Of a stretch of DNA of 64,000 bases, positions 8,823 through 18,994 are shown piece after piece (position 1 is the stretch's first letter; each line of letters starts with the position of its first letter). The stretch comes from Desulfobacterales bacterium. Its GTDB lineage: Bacteria; Desulfobacterota; Desulfobacteria; Desulfobacterales; Desulfosalsimonadaceae. The position numbers and the translations under genes are program-made. The notes below the pieces were generated by a model. It did not search any database. It worked only from the letters and a program-made list of their open reading frames with translations, and had not been told where the DNA came from. Where the stretch lies: positions 25,483 through 89,482 of the forward strand of contig JBKHES010000001.1 of the NCBI GenBank assembly GCA_046540695.1. Reading direction: 5' to 3'.

Positions 8823-10201
8823 CTTTTTTTTCTCCTGATTATTTCCTTTGCCGGAATCAGGCCGGTGGCTGCTGCAGACACTATGTTTCCGGCCACCCCG
8901 GGGCCGTCTCCTGCCACGAACAGTCCCGGGACAGAGGTTTCCAGTGTGTCTTTTGTTTCAACCTGGGTGGCGAAGAACTTGATTTCCGGGGCGTAAAGCA
9001 GGGTTTCATCGTTTGATACGCCCGGCACCACCTGGTTTAGCTTGTCCATGCCCTCCATGATGTTTGTCAGGATCCGTTCGGGAAGAGCCATTGCGATATC
9101 TCCGCAGACCACGTTTTTCAGGGTGGGCCTGATGGAGCTTTTTTGGATCCGCGCCCAGGTGCTGCGCCTGCCGCGTTTCAAGTCACCCATCCGCTGGAGA
9201 AGCGGGCTTCCCCCTCCTATAAGCGATGCAAGCCTGCCTATGGACTCGCCGTATGCCTGGTTGTCAGTAACAGGATCGGTTAAAACCACCTTTGACAGAA
9301 ACGCAAAGTTGGTGTTGTCGGACTTGCGGTCCATGTAGGCATGTCCGTTTACGCATACAAACCCGTGGTAGTTTTCCTGGCTGACAAAGCCGCCGTTGTT
9401 GGTGCAGAAGGTGCGGGTTTCGTCGTCGTATTTTGCGGTCTGGATAAAAAAGGTGGGGTCGTAGATCACGTTGCACAGGTCATCCATTATTTCACGGTGG
9501 ACTTCAACGCGCACGCCCACCTCTATTCCCCTTTGGTGCATGCTGATGCCGCATCTGCGGGCAAGCTGCGAAATCCAGTCCGCCCCCGCCCTGCCGGGTG
9601 CAAGGATCACGGAATCACCGAGATACTGGCTTTTTTCCGAAACCACGCGGATTCTCCCGGGCGCCTCCGGCACGACGTCTGTGACCGGCTCCATGGTTCG
9701 GATGGTAGTTGTTTTTTCCAGGCTTGCCTGCATGCCGCCTATATACTCGGGCAGCCGGTCGCTGCCCAGATGTTTCTGGCGTATTATAAGCAGGTCTATG
9801 CCGTGTTTTCTCGCGTTCTTGCGCAGATTTTTTGCCTGCTGCAGGTCAGTGGGAAACACGGGGCCTGTCATTTTGAATATGTCAAAAATGGACTCTGTTT
9901 CGTCAATCAATGCCTGGGCGTCCGCAGGGGGCATGAACTGGGTGAGATCGGTTTTGCCGAGCCTGGGGATAAAGTTTAGCTTTCCGTCGGAGAAAAGGCC
10001 CGCCCCGCCTATGCCGCACAATACGTCACAGGGGCGGCATTCGGGGCACCGGCTTGTGTCATCGATCCTGCACCTTCGTTTGTCGGGCCGTTTGCCCTTT
10101 TCCAGCAAAAGAACCTTTAGCCCTGAGTTTTCTGCCAGATACCAGGCGGAAAACAGGCCGGCAGGCCCTCCTCCGACTATGATTACGTCATATTTTTCCA
10201 T
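8819..10201 (-). CDS. FAD-dependent oxidoreductase (COG2509-like)
   Basis: 460 aa: MEKYDVIIVGGGPAGL dinucleotide-binding N-terminus, a Cys-rich insert (RCPECRPCDVLCGIGGAG) and C-terminal GLFVAGDG. Confidence 0.8.
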   Translation of the reverse strand: MEKYDVIIVGGGPAGLFSAWYLAENSGLKVLLLEKGKRPDKRRCRIDDTSRCPECRPCDVLCGIGGAGLFSDGKLNFIPRLGKTDLTQFMPPADAQALIDETESIFDIFKMTGPVFPTDLQQAKNLRKNARKHGIDLLIIRQKHLGSDRLPEYIGGMQASLEKTTTIRTMEPVTDVVPEAPGRIRVVSEKSQYLGDSVILAPGRAGADWISQLARRCGISMHQRGIEVGVRVEVHREIMDDLCNVIYDPTFFIQTAKYDDETRTFCTNNGGFVSQENYHGFVCVNGHAYMDRKSDNTNFAFLSKVVLTDPVTDNQAYGESIGRLASLIGGGSPLLQRMGDLKRGRRSTWARIQKSSIRPTLKNVVCGDIAMALPERILTNIMEGMDKLNQVVPGVSNDETLLYAPEIKFFATQVETKDTLETSVPGLFVAGDGPGVAGNIVSAAATGLIPAKEIIRRKKS

Positions 10202-10226
10202 GTTTATGGGCCCGCGCAGTTTTTTA

Positions 10227-10853
10227 TTACTGCTGCGGGGTTATCTGCCCGCCGGCCTTGCTGCATATCAGGTCAATTGCAGAGTCGGGGGTGTAGTTTT
10301 CCATGTCCAGTATAAGGTTGTAAAGGGAAGGATCCTCCCAGTCCGCATTGAAGTATTTTTTTATGTAGGCCTTTTTTTCCTCTTCATCGTTTCTGATCTG
10401 CTGCTCCGCGTTTTTGCGGGAGCAGTTGAGTGTCTCCATTGTTTCGCTGACCTTTTTCTCGTGTTCTTTTTTCAAAAGCACGTGGAATGTTTCGGGCTTT
10501 TTCTGAAGAATGCACTGCGCCCCCCAGCCCAGTATAACCGTGTTTTCGTTTTTGTAGATGTCTTCGACAAGCTTTCTGGTCTTCTCATAATAGGTGCTGT
10601 CATCAAGGCAGCCGTGCTCCCTGTCCACAACCTTCTGGACAATCGAGCAGGTATAGCGGTCCAGGTATCTCAGCACGGAAGAGCTTCCGGGCTTTAGAAA
10701 TGTTTCAGCCTCGTGCTTTGATATGTTTAACTGTTTTGCCACTTCCGCCACCAGCTTGTCGCCGATGAATGCAAAGCCCAGCCTGTCTGCAACCCCTTTT
10801 GCCACACGCTGTCCGCCTGCCTTGTATTCGCTTGTAATGGTGATAACTGCCAT
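10227..10853 (-). CDS. Cytidylate-kinase-like family protein
   Basis: 208 aa. MAVITITSEYKAGGQRVAKGVADRLGFAFIGDKL is the typical PF13189-like N-terminus. Paralogous to the N-terminus of the 231-1793 protein. Confidence 0.8.
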   Translation of the reverse strand: MAVITITSEYKAGGQRVAKGVADRLGFAFIGDKLVAEVAKQLNISKHEAETFLKPGSSSVLRYLDRYTCSIVQKVVDREHGCLDDSTYYEKTRKLVEDIYKNENTVILGWGAQCILQKKPETFHVLLKKEHEKKVSETMETLNCSRKNAEQQIRNDEEEKKAYIKKYFNADWEDPSLYNLILDMENYTPDSAIDLICSKAGGQITPQQ

Positions 10854-10964
10854 TTTCTTCTCCTTGTATCTTGGGATAAACGAAAGAAACCGGATTTATA
10901 TTAAAGATTATCCATTCGCTCGTCAAGCTGCAAAGACTTGCATAAGATCTAAACTCAGCGGTTC

Positions 10965-11034
10965 AAATTTTTGAAAATTTTATTTTTATATTATTTTAAA
11001 GGATTTAAACCATTTATAGTTTTAAAAATTTAAA
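10965..11034. repeat. Phased A/T-tract array (TTTAAA/TTTATA every ~8-9 bp)
   Basis: TTTAAA occurs at 10995, 11004, 11021 and 11029, TTTATA at 11013, preceded by AAATTT/AAAATTT tracts. This is ~70 bp of almost pure A/T in the divergent region between the CK-like gene and mraZ. Confidence 0.5.
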
Positions 11035-11341
11035 ACCCGGCCGATTTTCAATTTTGTCGCACCTGCTGTGTCAGCGCATGCCTTGCATAATTGACTATAG
11101 CTCAGCATAGGCTTCCCTTTATCTTCGATAAACCTGAAAATCGCTCAGTACAGGTAAGAAATTCCCGACCTTGATTTTTAAGAAAACAGGTCAGGATTGC
11201 CGGAATGCCGGGGCTGGCATCGTTTCGGGCTGCCTCCGCAAAAAAAGGTATCATATTTTAAACCACTTTCACCCACTAAAACCCTTTTTTGTTACTTACT
11301 AAAATTACATATAAAAATTAAAGAAAGTCTGAGTTTTTTCC

Positions 11342-11369
11342 TTGACAAACCCTCCTGTTACTGTAAATT
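11342..11369 (+). promoter_or_regulatory. Candidate sigma-70 promoter of the dcw cluster (Pmra)
   Basis: TTGACA (11342-11347), 16-nt spacer, TAAATT (11364-11369). It lies ~40 nt upstream of the mraZ ATG. Confidence 0.4.
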
Positions 11370-11393
11370 TGGGATGAAAGTGGTGCAAAGTGG
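11367..11393 (+). promoter_or_regulatory. Candidate MraZ operator: direct repeats with 10-bp period
   Basis: ATTTGGG (11367), AAAGTGG (11377) and AAAGTGG (11387), exactly 10 bp apart, between the putative -10 and the mraZ start. The architecture matches reported MraZ boxes (GTGG-containing direct repeats with a 10-bp period). Confidence 0.45.
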
Positions 11394-11409
11394 TTGACAG
11401 GGGAGGGAA

Positions 11410-11868
11410 ATGTTTAGAGGGAGTTCATACCATACAATCGATGCCAAGGGCCGCATCAATATTCCCTCCCGGTTCAGGGAAGTCATTAGGAATAACGGGG
11501 GCAGCGGACTGGTGCTGTCCGGTCCGGGCCTCGATGAGAAAAGCCTGGTGGCCTACCCCTACAAGAGCTGGGAAGCAGTGGAGGAGAAAATCCTTCAGAT
11601 GGCGGAAAAAAGCCCGGCCATGAGGCGTTTCAGGCGTATTTTTATTGGCGAGTCAGCCGAGTGCCCTCTTGACAAGCAGGGTCGTATCCTTGTCCCTCAA
11701 TCCCTGAGGGAGTACGCGAACCTTGAAAAAGACATCGTAGTGGTCGGCGTTCTTGATCATTTTGAAATCTGGTCTCTGGACAACTGGAATGAGGAGAAAC
11801 GCAAGCTGCGCGAAGAGGATATGAAAGATGAGGAGGTTTCCAACGAAATTGCCAGACTAGGGCTGTAG
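11410..11868 (+). CDS. mraZ: Transcriptional regulator MraZ
   Basis: 152 aa with two SpoVT/AbrB-like halves (DAKGRINIPSRFR and DKQGRILVPQSLR). GGAGGG RBS. Confidence 0.95.
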   Translation: MFRGSSYHTIDAKGRINIPSRFREVIRNNGGSGLVLSGPGLDEKSLVAYPYKSWEAVEEKILQMAEKSPAMRRFRRIFIGESAECPLDKQGRILVPQSLREYANLEKDIVVVGVLDHFEIWSLDNWNEEKRKLREEDMKDEEVSNEIARLGL

Positions 11869-11871
11869 ACC

Positions 11872-12813
11872 ATGGCTTACCAGCATGTTCCCGTAATGCG
11901 CGAGGAAGCGCTCCATTACCTTAATTGTGCACCGGGAAAATTAGTGGTCGACTGCACCCTGGGTGGCGGGGGGCATGCCATGGCCATTGTTGAAAAGATT
12001 CTGCCGGGCGGGGTTTTCATAGGAATCGATCAGGACCCCGAAGCAGTTGAGAATGCAGGTATTCTGCTCGCGCCCATGGCCGACAACGTCCGCCTGGTTA
12101 ATGATAATTTTGTAAACCTTCCTCATATCCTTTCTTCGCTCGGAATCGACACAGTTGACGCGATTCTCGTAGACCTGGGGCTTTCTTATGATCAGCTTGA
12201 ATCCTCGGGCAGGGGTTTTTCCTTCAGAAAGGATGAACCTCTTGATATGCGGATGGATCCGCAGAATCCGCAGACAGCATCAGATATAGTAAATACGGCC
12301 GGGGTAAAGCGCCTTACCCGTATTTTCAGGGAGCTGGGAGAAGAGCGGCAGGCAGGGCGGATAGCCAGGAAGATTGACAACCGCCGCAAGGCCTCGCCAA
12401 TTGAGACCACCGGCCAGCTTGCAGGCATAGTAAAAGATGCAGTCGGGGCAAAAGCAGCGGCAGGCCGGAAAATTCACCCCGCAACCAGGGCCTTCATGGC
12501 CCTTCGCATAGCAGTAAACCGAGAACTCGAAGTTCTCGACTCTTTTCTTGATGAAGCTGTGGCGCATCTGAAGCCCGGGGGGCGGATATGCGTGATTTCT
12601 TTTCATTCCCTGGAGGACCGGATAGTGAAGCGCCGTTTCAATAAGTTTGCCGCGGGATGTGAGTGTCCGCCGGATTTTCCCGTATGCGCCTGCGGCAAAA
12701 AGCCGGCGTTAAAAGTTCTGACCCGCAAGGTCAGAAAGCCCTCTGAGGCAGAAATCCGGGCCAATCCAATGTCGAGAAGCGCAAAGCTCAGGGCGGCTGA
12801 AAAACTTTATTAA
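11872..12813 (+). CDS. rsmH: 16S rRNA (cytosine1402-N4)-methyltransferase RsmH
   Basis: VDCTLGGGGH, DLGLSYDQLE, FHSLEDRIVK. Confidence 0.95.
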   Translation: MAYQHVPVMREEALHYLNCAPGKLVVDCTLGGGGHAMAIVEKILPGGVFIGIDQDPEAVENAGILLAPMADNVRLVNDNFVNLPHILSSLGIDTVDAILVDLGLSYDQLESSGRGFSFRKDEPLDMRMDPQNPQTASDIVNTAGVKRLTRIFRELGEERQAGRIARKIDNRRKASPIETTGQLAGIVKDAVGAKAAAGRKIHPATRAFMALRIAVNRELEVLDSFLDEAVAHLKPGGRICVISFHSLEDRIVKRRFNKFAAGCECPPDFPVCACGKKPALKVLTRKVRKPSEAEIRANPMSRSAKLRAAEKLY

Positions 12814-12842
12814 AACCGCCGCGGATATTTGCAGGAGATGCC

Positions 12843-13145
12843 ATGAGCACAAATAAAAAGCAGACAAGGCCGATTCTCACGCCGCGCAGGATCGCCGCGG
12901 CCCTGGCCCTTGTCGCGCTCATGGCCGCAGAGATGTTTTTTGATACCTGGTGCGCTGTGCAGTGCAGGAGAGCGGGCTACGAAATCGTACGGGCTGAATC
13001 AAGGCAGGAAAGCCTTCTTGAGACCAGGAAAAAACTCATGATCGAGAGAAGAAGGCTGAAGTCGCACCAGGTGCTGGGCGCCAGGGCCAAACAGGAACAC
13101 GGGCTTATAACGCCAAAACCAGAACAGATAGTGATAATTCCATGA
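12843..13145 (+). CDS. ftsL: Cell division protein FtsL-like (small bitopic protein)
   Basis: 100 aa with a single TM helix (IAAALALVALMAAEMFF) followed by a coiled region. It occupies the canonical position between rsmH and ftsI. Confidence 0.75.
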   Translation: MSTNKKQTRPILTPRRIAAALALVALMAAEMFFDTWCAVQCRRAGYEIVRAESRQESLLETRKKLMIERRRLKSHQVLGARAKQEHGLITPKPEQIVIIP

Positions 13146-14890
13146 ACGGCAATGAAACAGGAAAAAACCGCATCACCGGGCGCAACAGGCGGATTGCCTG
13201 GGTTTGTTGTTTTCTGATCCTCTGCTACGCCGTGATTGCGGGCAAGGCTGTTTATCTTCAGATTTTCGAGGAGCCCCGCCTTTCCAAGCGTGCTTCCGGT
13301 GAGTACAGCCGTTCTGTAAAAATGCGCGAAAAGCGCGGGACCATATATGACGCAAACTCCAGGGAGCTTGCAGTAAGCACAGGCGTGGTGTCCATAGGGG
13401 TGCATCCGTCCAGGATTCAGGATCAAGGAAAAGCCGCGTCTGTATTGGCTGACAGGCTGGATATGGACAGAAAGCAGGTGATGAAAAAGCTGCGTTCCAA
13501 CAAGCCGTTTCTCTGGATTAAGCGCAACGTATCGCCTGACAGGGCAGAGGCCTTGAACCGGGAATTGGGCGGCAGGCTGGAGCTGGTAAACAATTATTCC
13601 AGGGTATATCCCAACAAGGAGCTGGCAGGACAGGTGCTGGGCTTTTGCGGAATTGACGGAAACGGCCTGGAGGGGCTTGAATATTCTTTTGATGATCATC
13701 TCAAAGGAGAGATGAGGCAGTGGACGGTTGTCAAGGACGCCCTCGGCCGGATTTTCCAGAAGACGGAACCTGAAAAGCAGGGCAGGGAGGGCAGGAACCT
13801 GGCCCTGACGCTGGATGCTAATATCCAGTATACCACGGAAGAAGCATTAAAAAAATCAGTGCTCAAATCAAATGCTGAATCAGGCATGGCCCTGGCCATG
13901 GACCCTCAGACCGGTGCAATCCGGGCCATTGCGCATTATCCTTTTTTCAATCCCAACGCATACAGCAGGTTTCCGAAGCAAACGTGGCGTAACAGGGCAG
14001 TGGCCGGAGAGTTTGAACCCGGCTCAACCCTCAAGATTTTCCTGGCTGCAGCGGCGCTGGAATCCGGACTGTATTCACCGAATACCATGCTTGACTGTGA
14101 AGACGGAAAGTACAATGCAGAAAACTTTACTATTAAGGATACCAGGCCTCATGAAGAGTTGAGCCTCGGGGAGGTGGTCAAATATTCCAGCAATATAGGC
14201 GCGGTAAAGATCGCGCAGTCCATCGGCCCTAAAACCCTCTATGACACCCTTACCAAATTCGGCTTCGGGGAAAAGACAGGCATAAACGCACCCGCTGAGG
14301 CTTCCGGCCGGCTGAGGCATTACAACAACTGGCGTGCGGTGGATAATGCGACCATAGCCTTCGGCCAGGGAATCACGGTGTCAGCCGTACAACTGCTTAC
14401 GGCGGTGTCGGCGATCGCAAATGACGGTATTCTTATGAAGCCAAGGCTCGCCAGTGCCATAAAAAACCAGGACGGCAGCATTTACAAGCGCTTCGAGCCG
14501 GAGGTGGTAAGGCGGGCGATTTCTCCTGAAACCGCCGGGCAGGTGAAAAACATGATGAAGGCAGTCACCGAGCCAGACGGGACGGGGCCACAGGCTTCGC
14601 CAAAGGGTTACAGGGTGTGCGGCAAAACCGGAACCGCGCAGATACTCAATGCAAGGGGCAACTATGAGGACAGCGAATACAACGCGGTTTTCGCGGGGTT
14701 CGCCCCTGTAGAGTCCCCTGAGCTGGCTGTCCTGGTGGTGGTAAGGGCGCCCCAGGTGGGTCATTACGGCGGGATGGTCGCCGGTCCGCCTTTTGCCGAG
14801 ATTGTTAGTGAATCCTTTAATTACATGGATATTGCGCCGGTTGTCGCCAAAAGAAAAGACGGCGACGGAGGAGAAGAAGAAGGGGCATGA
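13142..14890 (+). CDS. ftsI: Peptidoglycan D,D-transpeptidase FtsI (PBP3-class)
   Basis: 582 aa with an N-terminal TM helix and the STLK, SSN and KTGTA motifs. Confidence 0.95.
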   Translation: MNGNETGKNRITGRNRRIAWVCCFLILCYAVIAGKAVYLQIFEEPRLSKRASGEYSRSVKMREKRGTIYDANSRELAVSTGVVSIGVHPSRIQDQGKAASVLADRLDMDRKQVMKKLRSNKPFLWIKRNVSPDRAEALNRELGGRLELVNNYSRVYPNKELAGQVLGFCGIDGNGLEGLEYSFDDHLKGEMRQWTVVKDALGRIFQKTEPEKQGREGRNLALTLDANIQYTTEEALKKSVLKSNAESGMALAMDPQTGAIRAIAHYPFFNPNAYSRFPKQTWRNRAVAGEFEPGSTLKIFLAAAALESGLYSPNTMLDCEDGKYNAENFTIKDTRPHEELSLGEVVKYSSNIGAVKIAQSIGPKTLYDTLTKFGFGEKTGINAPAEASGRLRHYNNWRAVDNATIAFGQGITVSAVQLLTAVSAIANDGILMKPRLASAIKNQDGSIYKRFEPEVVRRAISPETAGQVKNMMKAVTEPDGTGPQASPKGYRVCGKTGTAQILNARGNYEDSEYNAVFAGFAPVESPELAVLVVVRAPQVGHYGGMVAGPPFAEIVSESFNYMDIAPVVAKRKDGDGGEEEGA

Positions 14891-16434
14891 AACTTGCTGA
14901 ACTCATAGAAGAGGTCGGCGCCGGAAATCTCAGAGCCCTGCATGCAGAGGGCCTGGCCTCGGGTGATATGCAGGTGACCGGAATTTATTATCGTTCAGAT
15001 CTGGTAAAGCCCGGAGGGGTGTTTTTTGCCATTGCAGGCAGCCGGACAGACGGCCATGATTTTGCAGAAGACGCCGTGGCCCGGGGAGCGGCGGCAGTTG
15101 TGGCGCAGCGTCCGCTGGAAACGAACTGCTGTGTAATAGAGGTTAAAAATCCACGTCTTGCGCTTGCTGAGACTTCAGCAGCATTTTACGGCCATCCTTC
15201 CAGGAAAATGACCCTTATCGGGGTGACGGGAACCAACGGGAAAACCACAACTGCTTTTCTTCTTGACCACATCCTGCGGCAGGCAGGACTCAATTCTGGG
15301 GTGATAGGTACCGTAAACTACCATTATGCCGGAAGAACCGTAAAAAGCGGGCTGACCACTCCGGAGGCTCCGGATCTGCAGGGCATGCTTGCAGAAATGC
15401 AGGAAGCGGGCGTAACCCATGTCATCCTTGAGGTCTCCTCCCACGGCGTCGCCCTGGAACGGATTGCCGGCTGCAGGTTCGCGGCGGGGGTTTTTACGAA
15501 CCTGAGTCAGGATCATCTTGATTTCCATGGTGACATGGACAGTTACTGGGCGGCAAAAAAGCGTTTTTTCACCGATTATACTCAGGGCTCCGGGGCCTGC
15601 GCGGTCATCAATATTGATGACACAAAGGGCCGCGAACTGGCAGCCGGACTTGAAAGCGTCAGGCAGATACGCGTGGGACTTTCTGATGCGGCCTCAATCC
15701 GGGCAACAGAACTCAGATTCGACCAGAGCGGGATTTCCGGCAGTTTGATGCTCGAAGGTGTGCCTTATCCGTTTCATTCCAACCTGGTGGGTCAGTTTAA
15801 TATAGAAAACATCCTCTGCGCCGCAGGAGCTGCTTCAGCCCTTGGTGTAGAACCGGAACTCCTGCGCCGGGGCATTGAAACTTTTGTCTCGGTTCCCGGC
15901 CGCATGGAGCGGATTCCAAACACCCTGGAAAGGCACGTGTTCGTGGATTTTTCCCACACCCCGGCGGCCCTGCAAAACGTGCTTCTGACCCTGAAGGAAA
16001 TAGTCGAGGGAAGGGTGATCTGTGTTTTCGGCTGCGGCGGTGACAGGGATCCCGGGAAACGACCGTCCATGGGAAAAATTGCCGCCAGATACTCGGACCT
16101 CGCGGTTGTGACTTCGGATAATCCGCGCACAGAGGAGCCCGAAAGAATCATAGAAGATATTGTCAAAGGTTTCTCCGGCCTTACCCGGATATCACCGGTG
16201 TCGTTGACTCCGGATTTCGAACCGGGGGTTTTTGTTGTGGAACCTGATCGCAGAGAGGCTATCAGGCTGGGGATAAGGGCCTCAAAACCCGGAGATGCGG
16301 TTTTGATAGCAGGCAAGGGGCATGAAACCTATCAAATAATAGGAAAAGACACCGTGGCCTTTGATGACCGGCTGGAGGCCGAACAGGTGCTTTCATGGTG
16401 TATGAATGACAAAACCCATATCGTGGACAATTGA
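14887..16434 (+). CDS. murE: UDP-MurNAc-L-Ala-D-Glu:meso-diaminopimelate ligase MurE
   Basis: GVTGTNGKTTT. The DNPR motif (TSDNPRTEEP) is the meso-DAP specificity determinant. Confidence 0.95.
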   Translation: MKLAELIEEVGAGNLRALHAEGLASGDMQVTGIYYRSDLVKPGGVFFAIAGSRTDGHDFAEDAVARGAAAVVAQRPLETNCCVIEVKNPRLALAETSAAFYGHPSRKMTLIGVTGTNGKTTTAFLLDHILRQAGLNSGVIGTVNYHYAGRTVKSGLTTPEAPDLQGMLAEMQEAGVTHVILEVSSHGVALERIAGCRFAAGVFTNLSQDHLDFHGDMDSYWAAKKRFFTDYTQGSGACAVINIDDTKGRELAAGLESVRQIRVGLSDAASIRATELRFDQSGISGSLMLEGVPYPFHSNLVGQFNIENILCAAGAASALGVEPELLRRGIETFVSVPGRMERIPNTLERHVFVDFSHTPAALQNVLLTLKEIVEGRVICVFGCGGDRDPGKRPSMGKIAARYSDLAVVTSDNPRTEEPERIIEDIVKGFSGLTRISPVSLTPDFEPGVFVVEPDRREAIRLGIRASKPGDAVLIAGKGHETYQIIGKDTVAFDDRLEAEQVLSWCMNDKTHIVDN

Positions 16435-17860
16435 TGACGTGCTGGAAGCAACCGGCGGACGGTTGCTTGCTGCAGCGGACAAAGGAGTTTTTTCGGGTGT
16501 TGGCATTGACTCGAGAAAGATCGGTCCGGACGAGATTTTCGTGGCCATACCCGGCCATCGCTACGACGGTCATGATTTTCTCTCTAATGTGGCTGCTGAA
16601 GGGGTCAGGTGCGTAATTGTTCATGAAAACAGGGTGGATACTCTTCCTATTTCGCAATGGAGGACCGGAAAAGTGGCATGCATAGCAGTTGATGACACTG
16701 TAAGTGCGCTGGGAGCCATGGCGGCATACCAGCGGAACCGGGCGGGACTTGCCGTGGCCGCGGTGACGGGTTCCAACGGAAAGACCACCACCAAGGAAAT
16801 GGCCGCCTCGGTTCTTGGCCGTAATTACAATGTGCTGGCGACGCCGGGCAATTTCAATAACGAGATCGGACTGCCCCTGACTCTTCTGCAGCTTAACTCA
16901 GAGCACCAGGCAGCGGTGGTTGAGCTTGGTATGAATAACCCCGGTGAAATCCACAGGCTTTCCGCAATCTGCCGGCCTGATATAGGCGTGATAACCAACA
17001 TCGGTCCGGCGCATCTGGCAGGGCTCGGCAGTATAGATGCAGTGGCGAAAGCCAAGGCTGAAATTTTGGAGAACATCAATGCCGGGGGAACGGCAGTGAT
17101 CAATGCTGATGACGATTACGGTCAATGGCTTGCATCACGCACGGACCGCCGGGTGGTCTTTTACGGATGCGGCAGCACGGCGGAAATCCGCGCGGAAGAT
17201 ATTGAACAGCGCGAAAACGGGGTTTGCTTTAAACTGGTTCTGCCCGGCGAATCCGTAAGCGTGACCCTACCGGTCAGATGGCGCTTCATGGTCTACAACG
17301 CCATGGCAGCGGCTGCAGTGGGTTATCTCATGGGAGTTTCAGCCGCAGACATAAGCGCGGGGCTGGCCGAATTCCGGCCGGTTTCCGGAAGGATGGCGGT
17401 ATACAGGACAGGCACCGGCGCCTACATAATAGACGACACGTATAACGCCAATCCCGGCTCCATGAAAACTGCCATAGCCTCCCTTGCCGCATTGAGCGAC
17501 AGAAAACGCGGCATACTGGTGGCCGGCGACATGCTGGAGCTCGGAGACGCGGCGGAAGAATTGCACGAGGATATAGGCAGACTGGCTGCGGACGCAGGCA
17601 TCAACAGGCTTTACCTTGCGGGTGAATTTGCCTACAGGGTGGCGCATGGTGCCAGGAGTTCCGGTATGAAAGGCGGGGATGTGTTCGTGGGCGCAAAGGA
17701 AGACATCATAAAAGACCTTGAACAATGGCTTGAGCCGGGGGACTGGATACTTATCAAGGGGTCCAGGAGCACGGGAATGGATGAAATCGTAGCCCGGCTC
17801 ACTGCAGATGCAAGCACCCATGCCACAGATCCGGAAGGCCGGGAGGCGGAGCCGGAATGA
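16406..17860 (+). CDS. murF: UDP-MurNAc-tripeptide:D-Ala-D-Ala ligase MurF
   Basis: [13 protein letters not shown], Mur ligase central and C-terminal domains, canonical position. Confidence 0.95.
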   Translation: MTKPISWTIDDVLEATGGRLLAAADKGVFSGVGIDSRKIGPDEIFVAIPGHRYDGHDFLSNVAAEGVRCVIVHENRVDTLPISQWRTGKVACIAVDDTVSALGAMAAYQRNRAGLAVAAVTGSNGKTTTKEMAASVLGRNYNVLATPGNFNNEIGLPLTLLQLNSEHQAAVVELGMNNPGEIHRLSAICRPDIGVITNIGPAHLAGLGSIDAVAKAKAEILENINAGGTAVINADDDYGQWLASRTDRRVVFYGCGSTAEIRAEDIEQRENGVCFKLVLPGESVSVTLPVRWRFMVYNAMAAAAVGYLMGVSAADISAGLAEFRPVSGRMAVYRTGTGAYIIDDTYNANPGSMKTAIASLAALSDRKRGILVAGDMLELGDAAEELHEDIGRLAADAGINRLYLAGEFAYRVAHGARSSGMKGGDVFVGAKEDIIKDLEQWLEPGDWILIKGSRSTGMDEIVARLTADASTHATDPEGREAEPE

Positions 17861-18936
17861 TTTATCACCTGTTATACTCCCTGCATACTGAGATAACAGC
17901 GTTCAACGTGTTTCGCTACATCACGTTCAGAACGATTTATGCCGGGCTGACAGCCTTTCTCATCTGTTTTGTGCTCGGACCCTGGGTGATCGAAAAGCTA
18001 AGGGAAAAGCAGATAGGCCAATACATACGCCGCCTGGGCCCGGACTCGCACAGGGACAAGGCAGGGACCCCCACTATGGGGGGAGTCCTGATTCTGCCTG
18101 CAGTGCTGATTTCGACCCTGCTGTGGGTGGATCTCGGCAATCATTATGCCTGGATCGTGATTTTCATTCTCGTGAGCTATTTTTTAATAGGGTTTGCAGA
18201 TGATTACATGAAGCAGATCCAGAAACGAAACCGCGGCCTGAAGGCATGGGAAAAATTTTCCATGCAGATTCTTGCGGCAGGGGTTGCCGGTGCCGTGCTC
18301 TACATGAATCCGGATTTTCCCAGCAGTATCACTATACCGTTTTTCAAGGGTGCTGAACCTGAACTGGGCGCAGGTTATATAGTCCTGGTGGTGCTGGTTA
18401 TCGTTGGGACCTCGAATGCGGTCAATCTTACTGACGGACTGGACGGCCTGGCAATCGGGCCGGTGGTGATTGCTTCTGCCACCTACATGCTTTTTGCTTA
18501 CGTGGCGGGTCATGTTCATATATCCGACTACCTCCAGATCAATTATGTATCAGGCTGCGGCGAGGTGACAATACTGTGCGGGGCCCTTGCAGGGGCGGGG
18601 CTGGGTTTTTTGTGGTTTAACACCTATCCGGCCGAGGTTTTCATGGGCGATGTTGGCTCACTGCCCCTTGGTGCGACACTTGGAGCTGTGGCGGTTATAA
18701 CAAAGCAGGAAATCCTGATGATAATCGTGGGCGGGGTTTTCGTGGTGGAGGCCCTTTCAGTGATGCTGCAGGTTGGTTATTTCAAGATTACCGGGGGCAG
18801 GCGGATTTTCAAAATGGCACCGCTGCATCACCATTTCGAGCTCAAGGGCTGGGCAGAACCCAAGGTGATCGTGCGTTTCTGGCTGATTGCAATCATGCTT
18901 GCCCTGGTGGCAATCAGTACACTTAAACTGCGATAG
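17857..18936 (+). CDS. mraY: Phospho-N-acetylmuramoyl-pentapeptide transferase MraY
   Basis: 359 aa, polytopic. [18 protein letters not shown] and PLHHHFE motifs. Confidence 0.95.
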   Translation: MIYHLLYSLHTEITAFNVFRYITFRTIYAGLTAFLICFVLGPWVIEKLREKQIGQYIRRLGPDSHRDKAGTPTMGGVLILPAVLISTLLWVDLGNHYAWIVIFILVSYFLIGFADDYMKQIQKRNRGLKAWEKFSMQILAAGVAGAVLYMNPDFPSSITIPFFKGAEPELGAGYIVLVVLVIVGTSNAVNLTDGLDGLAIGPVVIASATYMLFAYVAGHVHISDYLQINYVSGCGEVTILCGALAGAGLGFLWFNTYPAEVFMGDVGSLPLGATLGAVAVITKQEILMIIVGGVFVVEALSVMLQVGYFKITGGRRIFKMAPLHHHFELKGWAEPKVIVRFWLIAIMLALVAISTLKLR

Positions 18937-18994
18937 CAGAGATGAAATATTTAAAACACGAAATCCGAAATCCGAAGACCGGAGTTTTTTTTCA

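Noticed and set aside
9471-10697. 408-aa plus-strand ORF spanning the FAD-oxidoreductase and cytidylate-kinase-like genes.
   Set aside because: It is antisense to two well-supported genes and crosses their intergenic gap. Its composition is low-complexity and Arg/Ser/Pro-rich, typical of shadow ORFs in GC-rich coding DNA. It has no recognisable motifs.
11211-11226. TGGCATcgtttCGGGC, a sigma-54-like -24 element in the region upstream of mraZ.
   Set aside because: The -12 position reads CGGG rather than TTGC, so there is no GC at the required spacing. A sigma-70-type promoter closer to mraZ fits better.
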